Source: Octopus vulgaris (lineage: Eukaryota). Taken from it: a stretch of DNA of 64,000 bases. The notes below the pieces were generated by a model. It saw nothing but the letters and a program-made list of their open reading frames with translations, searched no databases and was not told the origin of the DNA. Where the stretch lies: positions 23,436,001 through 23,500,000 of the forward strand of contig OX597826.1 of assembly GCA_951406725.2 (NCBI GenBank). Direction: 5' to 3'. Of this stretch, positions 1 through 13,821 are shown in pieces; the stretch's first letter is position 1, and each line of letters opens with the position of its first letter. Both the position numbers and the translations under genes were made by a program.

Positions 1-545
1 TCAAGCATGACTTTCGTACGTTGGGCCTCACAGAGGCTATGTTGAAAGACCAAGACCTCTGGAGATATGCTGTGACTTCGAAGACCTGACAAATGAAGTG
101 AGTTCATGGCTCGCAGGACGGCCTGCTGTGCTAACCTTGGATCGTAGGGTGACCCGCTGTGCTTGAGGAGACCTATTGAGTCAAGTACGTCAGCACCAAC
201 ATCAAAAGAAAAATCAAATGGAAATTGTAGTTAATATACCCTTGCCAGTGGCACGAAAAAAGCATCACCCGAACGTGGCTGATGCCAGCGCCGCGTGACT
301 GACATCCGTGTTGGTGGCACATAAAAAGCAACCTCCAATCATGGCCGATGCCAACTCCTCTGGTGCCTGTGCTGGTGGCATGTAAAAAGCACCCACTACA
401 CTCTTGGAGTGGTTGGCATTAGGAAGGGCATCCAGCTGTAGAAACACTGCCAGATCAGACTGGAGCCTAGCGCAGCCTCCTGGCTTCCCAGACCCCAGTC
501 GAACCGTCCAACCCATGCTAGCATGGAAAACAGACGTTAAACGAT
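1..545 (+). mobile_element. 3' end of an RTE-clade LINE (ORF C-terminus + 3'UTR)
   Basis: Bases 3-89 translate to KHDFRTLGLTEAMLKDQDLWRYAV, matching the C-terminus of the RTE ORF at 14279-14743 (KHDLRTLGLAEEMTRDRDLWNYAV). The downstream sequence is the reverse complement of the 3'UTR at 13822-14150. Confidence 0.8.
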
Positions 546-775
546 TATTATTATTATTATTATTATTATTATTTCTTCTCGAGCGGACGGATGTGTCTCC
601 AGAAGCTGCATAAGTTTTGTACCATTTCTGTTGGAAATTTGTTTAAAAGTGTAAATATTTTTGGACTAACTTCTTGCGGAGCTAGTTGGCTAGGCAAAAT
701 TTTACCCCATTGGGGGTAAAATTTTCGTTTGAAATATTGACTTTTTAAAATTACATTCACATACATATTGAAAAA

Positions 776-2386
776 ATGTCGTTAAAAAGAACAGTTGGCT
801 GTTCCCTTCTTGGAACACCACCACCTCCACAAGAAAAAATTGATTTGAACATTTCTCCAAACCGCCCATTTCATGCCTTAAAAGGCAAACAAAATTTTTC
901 AAGGGAACGTGTCATTCCAAAAAATGAAAATGAAAACGTTCCAAAAAATGAAAATGAAAACGAAGGCGTCACTTTTGACGTCATCGAAGATTTCCCTCCT
1001 CTTCCCTCCACCAATACTCCGGTACCAGAAAAAGAGGGAAGAAAGAGCGTTCCAAAGAGAAACGACAACGATGGCATCACCTTTGACGTCAACGAAGATT
1101 TTCCTTCTCTTCCCTCCACCAGTGCGCCAGCACCGAAAAAGGAAGGAAGAAAGGACATTGACACAATAAACACCAGCACAAAAACAATGGAAACCCATCG
1201 TAACAATTTCGCCTTAGCTACAAAGCAGATCTCTGAGGAAATAAAAGTTACGATGGAGGAGATTAAAAATTCAAAGGTTTTGTTGAGAAAAGAGGGAAAT
1301 AGTGTTTTCTTAAACACTCCCCAAGAACTCAATAAAGAAACACAAAAAAAGACAATAATTTACAAAATTTTCGAAACAAAACAAAAAAAACTCACAAATG
1401 CCACACCTCAGCAACTCAAAATAGCTCTAAAGCCCATATGGGGGCAAAAGAACTATGTGACAAAAGGCAAGCGGTATGGAACCGTGGGGGTGAGATTCCA
1501 AACAGAGGAAGAGGCAAGGAAGAATGCCATTTCGCCCTTGCAAACGGACGGTTTGTTACTCGTGCCAACGTATCTCGGGCAAAGAGTAATAAAAACCCGC
1601 ATCGACCTTGCCCCCCACTGAACTAAATATTCCTTGGCTAGTGGCAGCTGTCCTCTATGACATAGAGGACAACACCACTATTCTCCAAGTCCACAGGCAT
1701 AGAGAAAAAATCTGGTCAGGTATGGGAGTTCAACTGCTGGTACAAATCCAGCAGGAAAACATTAATGCCATACCTGACTCGGTAAATTTGCCGGACGGAA
1801 CCAGGCTGCACGTTGCTGTGGAGGGGCGAAAGCCAAAATGTTACCTCTGCAGCAGCGAAAGCCACCTAAAAAGGGACTGCCCCATTCACAAAAAAAGAAT
1901 GGAGGCAGCCGGCAAGAAGCAGCAACAACAACAACAACAACAGCAAGAAACGCCAAAGGCTGCCACACCACCAACACCATCACCACCACCAAGACGAACG
2001 ACACCACCTCCAACCACCAACCCCAGCACCAAGAAAAACAACAACAAAAAAAAGGAAGAAGAATCACTGACACCGTCACCATCACCAACAGACACAGCAA
2101 TACCACCGCTACCAGCAGAATTTTTCGCCCTGCTGCTGAAGCGGACCCGACAGCCATCCCCTTTCCGGATCAGGACAGCTCGGATTGTGCGAGCACTGAT
2201 ACCGAGAAAGATGAATGGCACACAGTGCCTCCGAAGAAGAAGAGGAGGAAGAAGCAAAAAGACACACAGGGGAAGCACGAACAAATAGTGCTTCCCAATA
2301 TCAACAACAACAAACAACAACACTTTCGACATCACTACTGCCACTGCCACACACTCCAACACACACAGACACGATTGCAGCCATAA
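776..2386 (+). pseudogene. Tx1-like ORF1 (RRM-like region + CCHC zinc knuckle), two frameshifts
   Basis: 776-1621 shifts at the C6 run (~1612-1617) into 1608-2288, which carries GRKPKCYLCSSESHLKRDC. It shifts again near 2125 into the frame with EWHTVPPKKKRRKK. Confidence 0.75.
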
Positions 2387-2685
2387 ACACAAAAAATGAA
2401 AAACTTGTTTCATATATAAAAGACAACACAAGTACAAACATTACAGATACCTACTCACAACACACCACCAGCACACATTCTCACAATCAAAATTAATCAA
2501 AAAACATATAGTGACATAAAACAAATATTCCCTAACGATGTCGGATCACTAGGGAGAAGTTTCTCAAAGAAACTTTATAAAAATATTGTAGAAACACCCG
2601 TGCAAAAGCACAAGGGAGCCACCCCCACCACCAACAACAGTAAGTAGAGCCTTTTTCTTCTTTTATTTTTCGTCACCTTTGAAAC

Positions 2686-5600
2686 ATGGCAAAACTTAGA
2701 ATCGGTTGCTTGAATGTGAGAGGCCTCGGGTCACCTTGGAAACAGGGTCACCTGTTAAACGACCTGAGGTTTCATGATGTGGATGTAGCAGCCATTAGTG
2801 AAAGCAGGCTCTCCGACCCGCAGGAACTCGCAGCCCTTTTTGGTGGATACGAGATCTTTCTATCTCCGTGTCGGCCGGGAGCGGGCGGTGGTGGTACTGC
2901 GGTGTTGTTTCGGAAGGGCCTGGACTTGAAAATAAGGACAGTCTTCCTGGATCCGGAAGGTAAGTTGGTGGTCTTCGACGTAGACGGTAGTGACGGCGGT
3001 GCTTTCAGACTGCTGGCTGCCTACGCTCCGACAGGAGCAGGGCAGTCGAATTATTTCAAATGTCTGGAAGTTTTCCTGGGAACGTCACGCACTCTAGTGC
3101 TTGTTGGGGATTGGAACGCTGTCTTAGACGAACGTTTCGATCGGGTGGGCAGGGGAGCATCTGATAGGAGAGAAGGGTGCAAGAGCCTCGCCAATCTACT
3201 CGGACGCTTTCAGCTGTCCGACAGATTTCGACTTGACAACCCAATGTGGACTTGGACCAATCGCATCGGGTAGTCTAGATCGTACTTAGATAGAGTGTTT
3301 TGTAAGCCAGCGGATAAGGACAGCATAGGGTGTCCACAATTCCACCTAGTCGACTACACAGACCACAAATTCGTAATCTGTACGGTCGACTTAGATAGGC
3401 TACATAGACAGGGACCTGGCTACTGGAAGCTGAACGCGTCGTTAACGGGGTGCAAAGCTTACAGAGACCGGATTAGTTTACTAGTTAAGCGGGCGCTCAT
3501 GGGGGCAATCATCAACAACAACTGGTGGTTTGCCCTCAAGAGAGCAATTAGAGTAGAGTCAATTAGGTTTAGCAAGACTCTAGCTATTGAACGTAGGAAG
3601 AGAGAGCAGGATTTAGTTAAGAAACTAGACGAGGCTCTTGACTCTGGCATCGCGACCGACGTGTTGGCGGCAAGGTTGGTCCTCGACCAACACTTTGACA
3701 CCAAACACGAAGGCTGCGTTGTCAGAGCTGAGGCACGTTCGCTAAGCGAGGAGGAGACTAGAGCCGCTCGATGGGCCCGCGTGGTGGAGGCGAAGCGAGG
3801 CAACAAAGCAACCATTCGGTCTTTGGTGGACCAGAACGGGCGTGAGGTTACCGAACCGAAGCAGATGTGTGCGGTGTTTCAGCGGCACTTTGCTCAACTG
3901 TTTGGGACGAGCGGTGGAACGGACAACGGTACAGACTTCAGTGTGTACCTAGACGGCCTACCGCAACTCTCAGACAGCGAGGCAGAGTGCTGCGAAGGAC
4001 CGATATCTGCCTGGGAAGTGGAGGAAGCGATGAAGAGTTGCACGAGAGGTAGATCGCCGGGTTTGGATGCCAGACTTGTTTGCGGGCCTGTTGGCAAACG
4101 TCTACTGCAACTGGCAGCAAAACGAGAGAATTCCTGCTTTTGTCTGTCGAGGGGTGGTGGCTTTGCTAAAAGAGGACCCAAACAAGGGGGACATTATAGG
4201 GAATTTTCGGCCCATCACTCTGCTCAATGCAGAGTTGAAGATTTTGGCCAAGGTGCTAGCCAAGAGATTGGCGCTTGTCGTGGACAAGCTGGTTGGCAAG
4301 ACGCAGACATGCGCCGTGCCGACCAGGTTTATACACGACAACCTCCATCTCATGCGCTACATCATAAAGAGGGTGGGCAACGACGCTGGCGCGGGTGGGG
4401 CTTTGATCAATTTAGATCAGAGTAAAGCCTTCGATAGGGTCGCCCATCGGTACCTGGCAGCTGGCTTCGGTCCAGTCATCTGCGGGTGGATCGCTGCTTT
4501 ATACAGCAACATCTACTCGGTGATACGGGTGAACGGTCACCTTTCGGAACCGTTTGACATCTTGCGTTCGGTCCGCCAAGGATGCCCTCTCTCCTCCCTC
4601 TTGAACATATTGACTCTCGAGCCATTACTGCACAAGTTGGAGGCTTTGAGGGGTATCCCGCGCGATCTAGGAGGTGGAAACAGCGTGTCTGCCTATGCCG
4701 ACGACGTCACCGTGATGGTGTCGAGTCACAGGCACATTGACCTGATTGGCGAGACACTAAACGAGTACGAAGCGGTGACAGGGGCAAAGATTAACGCGGA
4801 AAAGTCTGTGGGCTTGCAACTGGGCACCTGGAGAGGCAAGCCCATGCCGTCCAACAGCGTCGTAGGGCGCTGGACAGACGGACCCGTTAAACTGCTCGGG
4901 GTCTGGTTCGGTCCGGACCTCCAGGTGGATAAAAACTGGGAAGAAGTGACGAGCAGAGTGGCACGTCTCACCCAGAAATGGGCCGAGAGGAAGCTGTCCC
5001 TGAAAGGTCGAGCGGAGGTGGCGAATGCGTACATCGCATCTGTCATCTATTACCGCTTGATCGTCGTCCCTTGTCCCGACCGCTGGTTGGCCAAGCTGGT
5101 ACGCCTGCTCTTCGACTTTTTGTGGAAGGGTCAGGTGCCACTGGTCAGGCGATCCATCTGCTGTCAACAACCGCTGAACGGAGGCCTTGGAATGCCGTGG
5201 TTACTGATGCGCAGACATGCGTTCAGGCTGCGACATCTCAAGCGATTCCTAGACGGTGAACAGGTGTGGTCGTCTTTTGTCAGACGTGACTTTCCGCAGC
5301 CCGTCTCTTTGACAGAGCTGCAGACCTGGATCAAACGTAGACCGAGAAAGGGCGTTTGGCACCTCGAGTGCCGTCAAACTCTCTCCGCCCTCCACCAGGC
5401 GGGCAATGCGATCGGTTTTAGTTCCACTCTAGCGTTCTGTAGAGGGTTAGTGGAGGAAAAATGCGACGACATTCTCGGGGAAACTCTAGGCATTGATGAT
5501 AACGAGCTGAGCGGTCTGTTCGGAAGGACTTTCGGGCCGGAGCCAATGGATAATTTCCAGAGGTCGCTCACCTGGCAGTGCTACCGAGGAGCTCTGCCTG

Positions 5601-6061
5601 TTTGGGATAAACTCTACCGGCACAGAAGTGCCGTCAGCCGGGCCTGCCCGAGGTGTTGCCAGGACGACGAAACCGTTCTGCACGCACTCGTCCAGTGCCC
5701 GAGTATTGCTGAACTATGGGTTTATGTCGAACAGCTACTGTCACGTATAGGACGGATCCGGCTATCAGCTGAATCCATAGTGAAGATTGCCCCGCCGACC
5801 TCCTTTAACAAGGAGGGTGAAGCCGTATTCCTGTGCCTAGTGGCTGTGGGGAAAGAGGTTGTATGGTGGACCTGTTTGAAAGGGCTGAAGTCAGACACTT
5901 TCCTCTTTGGTCAAGGCCTCATCAACTTTTTCAAGTTTCACTTGAAAAGGAAGATGAGGTTAGAGAGGAGAGTGCTGTCTGATAGCAAGTTTTCTGAAAG
6001 GTGGGTGAATTGTGCAAGAATGGCCAGTGTAAATGGACCAATTCTCAGGTTTCGCCTGTGA
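2686..6061 (+). pseudogene. Tx1-like ORF2 (AP endonuclease - RT - Zn finger)
   Basis: Motifs LNVRGL, VGDWNA, S(R)SYLDR, YTDH, PGYWKLN, FRPITLLN, QGCPLS, YADD and CPRC..H..C. In-frame TAG at 3271-3273; deletion/frameshift near 4066. Confidence 0.9.
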
Positions 6062-6334
6062 TTGAAAAAGGTTTTATAAAAGGAGAAAGGGGCTCTCTAC
6101 CCCCCTTTTTGACAAGGCTCCCGTTGGCTTTTATGGGTTTTTCCTCCAGAAACCTTTCGAAGCGCCTCCCCCTATTGAGAGTTTTTCATTGTTAAATATT
6201 TTCGTTGTTACACTGTTTTTTACACGGATTTTTACAAACGGACAAAACCCTTTGTAACCTTTCGTCTTGTTTTGTCCCTTTATGTTTTCTAATCATGTGT
6301 GTCAGCCCTTGTGGCCAATAAAAAGAATTAATTA

Positions 6335-9115
<2,781 letters not shown>

Positions 9116-9118
9116 ATA

Positions 9119-9535
9119 TGGCAAGCTGACAGAATTGTTAGTACGCGGGGCAAAATGCTTAGCAGTATTTCGTCTGCTGCTATATTCTGAGTTCAAATTC
9201 CGCTGAGGTCGACTTTGCTTTTCATCCTTTTCGGGTCAATTAAATAAGTACCAGTTATGCACCGGGGTCGATGTAATCAACTTAATTCCCCTCCCCCAAG
9301 CTGCCCTTGTGGTAAAAATTTGAAATCATTATTATTAGTAGTAGCAGCAAGGCAGAGAGCTGACAGAATCGTTAGCATGCCGTGTGAAATGCTTAGTGGC
9401 ATTTCATCTGTCTTTACATTGTGCGTTAAAATTCTACTGGGGTCGATAAAATAAGTACCATTTGAGTACTGGGGTCGATGTAATTGACTATCCCCTTTCC
9501 ACCAAATTTCAGGCCTTGTGCCTATAGTAGAAAGG

Positions 9536-9540
<5 letters not shown>
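9119..9540 (+). mobile_element. Two tandem copies of tRNA-like SINE family 2
   Basis: Head GGC(A/G)AGCTG(A/G)CAGAA, B-box-like GAGTTCAAATTCC, core CTTTCATCCTTTCGGGGTCGATAAA-TAAGTACC, (TTA)n tails. The second copy is internally deleted. Confidence 0.75.
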
Positions 9541-9583
<43 letters not shown>

Positions 9584-9587
<4 letters not shown>

Positions 9588-9750
9588 TTTCCTTCTTTGT
9601 TCAAATTTTCTTCCATTTCTCGCCTAGTGTTTCCTGTACACCTAGGGCAGAGAAGCTCATTGTATGCATTCCCAGATTTCACATGCAAATTCACAGGTAA
9701 AATATGTATTTAAAAAATTAATAAATAAATAAATTCATGAACGGATGGTG
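9584..9750 (-). mobile_element. 3'UTR fragment of Dong-type subfamily D
   Basis: Approximately the reverse complement of 44955-45120; flanked by (TTA)n on both sides. Confidence 0.75.
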
Positions 9751-9765
9751 TTGTTGTTATTATTA

Positions 9766-9804
<39 letters not shown>

Positions 9805-9807
<3 letters not shown>

Positions 9808-12800
9808 TATGTTTGACTTTTGCTTTATATTTGTACAAGTTGGCTCCAAGTCTCACCCAGAGACCTCAAGAGACAACAGGGTTGGAAGTTCATGTTGTTG
9901 TTATGCCTAGTGTGCCATATATTTGGGGGGTGGGGATGTTGTACTAATGAATGTCTAAAAAAAAAGGTTTTTTTTTTTTTTTTTTTTAAAACCGAAAATT
10001 ATGTTTGTTTTAAACCTTGAGATTACATAGAGAGTATTTTGCGTAGGATATGAGCAGTTCCCATGAGCACTATCTTTTGAACTCTGCCATTTTTGGGTTT
10101 CCTGGTATCTGAGTTAGGTAGCTATCAGCCCCTTTTGCTATCATTCCCAGGGCACCTATGACAACAGGTATTGTTTTAGTCTTCAGGTTCCACATTTTGC
10201 TGATTTCTATTTCAAGATCTTTATATTTGCTCAGTTTTTGGTAGGTCTTGACAGATACGTTTATATCGATTGGGACAGTCATATCAATGAGGAGGCATGT
10301 TCTTTGTTTGAAGTCTTTCAATATGATGTCTGGCCTATTTGCATCTATCTTCCTGTCAGTTTGAATGGTGAAGTTCCAGAGGAGTGAGATGTGGTCATTT
10401 TCAAGCACTGGGGGTGGTTTGTGTTCCCACCAGTTTTTTCCATGGGGCAAATCCAGGTTTTTACAGATTACCCAGTGAATATATTGTGCAGCTCTATCGT
10501 GCCTGTTGAGATACTCTGTAGGCGCTAGAAGACTGCACTTGGAGACCACATGGTCAATGGTTTCATTTTGTTGCTGGCATACACGACACGTTGGACTGCT
10601 TCTGATCTTTAATATGTTGGCCTGGTAGTTTCTTGTTGGTAGGCATTGATCTTGAGCTGCTATGATAAACCCCTCTGTTTCAGATTTTAAGCCAGAGGCC
10701 ATTAGCCATTGATGGGTCAGGGCTTTGTCGATATCTGCATTATTCGCTCTCTTTGGGTATTTGCCATAGAGAGGTTTTTCTTGCCATTTATTATTCAGAA
10801 TATCTAAGGCCGCAGTTTTGGCACGGGTTTTCATGCGCCTAGCTTTTTCTGTGCTTGTTTCTTGTATATCTATCTCTAATTCCGAAATTGGTTGTATTCA
10901 GAATTCACTTAGATATTCCTTTGCCTGTTTTGTGACTGAGTATGATGCTTTCTTGTTTTCATGTTTTGAGACAAGTTTTAACATCCAGTCCTCAGAGTTT
11001 TTCAGGTAGGTGTCTAGGCCAATTGTAGCAATCTTCATTGTTATTGCCAGTTGCAAAAGTCCACGGCCTCCCTCTTTTCTTGGCAGATAGAGTCGTTCTG
11101 TATCTGCCTTAGGGTGGTGCATTCTATGCATTGTCAACAGTTTCCTTATTTTTCTGTCGAGCTGACATATTTCAGTAATTGACCAGTTAACAATATTGAA
11201 ACTGTAAGTCACGACTGGTATAGCTAATGCATTGATTGCTTCGATCCTGTTTCTTGCATTCAGCTCTGTCTTGAGTATTGCTCTCACTCTTCGATAGCAT
11301 TCTCTCCTGATCCTTTCCTTCATCTCTGAATGCCTTATTCCGTTCCCTTCAATTACCCCTAGGTACTTGTAGCTCTCCGCTGGGTCTAGTTCTTTTATGA
11401 CATTCTGTTGGTCAAGGTTAACGTTAGATGTTTCTGTCATTTTTCCTTTGATAAAGGTAGCCTTTGCACATTTATCGAGGCCGAATTGCATTCTGATGTC
11501 GTCACTGAATTGTTTGACTATCGCTAGTAAGCCCTTGAGTTGTTGATCATTTTTTGCAAAAAGCTTTAAATCATCCATGTAAACGAGATGATTTATATTT
11601 TTATCAAACATTTTATACCCGTACTGCGCGTCATTGAGCAGCTTTGAGAGAGGTATTAAGGATAAACAAAAGAGGAGTGGTGACAGTGAGTCACCCTGGA
11701 AAATGCCACACGAAATTTTTACATCACCAGCATTTAGGGATTCACTGTCACTGTTCAGAGTTAGTGTGGTTCTCCATGATCTCATACTTACAGTCAAGAA
11801 GTTTCGCAGAGTTGGTGCTATCTTATACATTTCAAGGCATTTCCTAATCCAGCTATGTGGTAGGCTATCAAAAGCCTTTTTATAGTCTATCCAGGCTATT
11901 GATAAGTTTTTGTGTCGTTTGTGACAATCTTCTAAGATCATCTTATTGATGAGTAGTTGGTCTTTACAGCCGTAGGATCCACGTTTACATCCTTTCTGTT
12001 CATTAGGGAATATGCTGCTGTCTGTTAAAAAACTATAGGTATATTCCGTCAGGACAGATGTTAGTGTTTTGTACATAGTTGTTAAGCAGGTTATGGGTCT
12101 ATAGTTTTTTGGTTCATTTGTTTCTTCACTTTTTGGAAGCAGGAATGTTAACCCATTAACTAGCCAAGGAGGCATCCTACTAGGGTGTTGCAAAACATCA
12201 TTGTACAGTTCTGTTAGCAGTTCATGGCTCTCTGGGAAGGCATTCAGCCAGAAGTTAGGAATTTTATCCTTTCCTGGAGACTTCCATTTGCTTGACCTCC
12301 TGAGAGCAGATCTTATATCTTCTACCTTGACACCCTCCCACTTTTGCTCTTCTAAGGGGTCCAGTTCTGTAGATATTCTGTCAATCCAGGGGGCCTTTTC
12401 GTTGTGTGTTTTTTCTTCTGCCCAGATTTTATTCCAAAATCTCTGCACTTCTTCTTTTGATGGTACAGACCCTGCAGTAAACGCTGTTTTTCCTATCTTC
12501 CTGTAAAAATTCTTGGTGTTATTTTTGAACATGTTGTTGTCCTTGAAAAATCTAACACGCTTTTCATACCTCGCTATGCAGGCAGCTTTGGCAGATACCT
12601 TTTGTTTGATGGTTTCTATGGTGGCATCAATATCAAGTATAGTTTTCATATTGTATTTTTTCAGTAATTTTTGGGTTTTTGTAGGTTTGGTAGTCTTGTG
12701 AGCCTTAAGGTTTTTCAAATATTCAATGTCAGATCTAAATATTTTAATTTGTTGTTGCAGACACTCTTGCCAAGAAGGCTTTTTGTGGGACTGTTGCCGT

Positions 12801-13618
12801 TTTCTAATCTTTACACCACATAGGATCGTTGAGATTTTCGCGGATGCATAGTATAGGTGGTTGAGGTTTGTGATATCAACATCATTAACTGAAATTATAT
12901 CCTTAAGTGCAAGCCGGATTTTACCAATTATTTTCATGTTTTGGTTAGAGTTGCGAATTTTAGGAAGTGTATCACGCTCATCCATGCTGGTTTCTTTAAT
13001 TTTCAGCCATTCAATCATGATTTGATTTTTTAGCTCATGTAGTTCTGTTGGGTCAGTATTTGTGTGACTTTCTTTATCTATTTGATGCTCATCTGTCTTA
13101 GTGTTTATGATTGTTTCAGGGCGTATTTCACTTTGCCTATCACTTATACTAACTCTTTCAATCCTCTCTTCGTTTTTATCCGCCCTGGGCTGGTCTATAA
13201 TCATTTCCTTTGTATTATCTTCTCTAGCTGCAGCTTCGTTCATCTTATCCGATATTGCTTGTCTAACCTGATCAATCTCTACTTCAGTCAGTAATTTCTT
13301 TTTTATAATGTTTCTTCTAACATTGGCAAGCTTGTTACTGTCTATGTAGGGTCTTACTTCAGGGTGTTTCTGTCTCCAGTTTAAGTATGCTTGTACAGTG
13401 CTAGACTTATCTGTGGGGAAATATATGGCATGGTAGAAGGCCTCAAGAACTTCTTTATTATCTTCCCTAGACCATTTTTCCTTCTTTTTCTTTTGATTAT
13501 TTGGTGATGAGCATGGATGGCCATCTGTTGGAATATTCCGGTTGTGGGGTTCGTCCAGCTCCTGTGTGTTGGGAAGATTTGATCCAGTAACTGATTTTTC
13601 AATCAGGATTTGGTTCAA

Positions 13619-13620
<2 letters not shown>
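9805..13620 (-). mobile_element. R4/Dong-type RLE LINE, subfamily A, ~3.8 kb (longest copy)
   Basis: 927-aa ORF with RT (NYRPITCL, QGDSLSP, YMDD), then an in-frame TGA at 10898 and the knuckle/RLE segment 10070-10834. Both ends lie in (TAA)n. Confidence 0.92.
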
Positions 13621-13675
<55 letters not shown>

Positions 13676-13821
13676 CATCATTTATTATTATTATTATTAA
13701 TGTATAAAGGATTGAGGTAACTCTTCCAGAAGATATAGTCAAAATTAAAAGAAGAGTGCCATTGTCATCTAGTGAACGATATTTCGACATTTTGTGTGTC
13801 ATCAACATCATCATCATCATC

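Larger units (their letters stand above)
573..6335 (+). mobile_element. Near full-length Tx1-like (L1 clade) non-LTR retrotransposon, inactivated
   Basis: ORF1 with CCHC knuckle; ORF2 with APE endonuclease, RT (YADD) and C-terminal CxxC..H..C. AATAAA at ~6317 followed by a (TTA)n tail; (TTA)n also flanks the 5' end (545-572). Confidence 0.9.

Noticed and set aside
1608-1625. Programmed frameshift in Tx1 ORF1
   Set aside because: It occurs at a C homopolymer and a second shift follows; decay or sequencing error is more likely.
871-2437. Antisense ORFs over the LINE ORFs (also within the Dong, RTE and Penelope copies)
   Set aside because: Shadow frames of compositionally biased coding sequence with no recognisable motifs.
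3271-3273. Programmed readthrough or editing of the TAG in Tx1 ORF2
   Set aside because: The element has other inactivating lesions, so a simple point mutation is sufficient.
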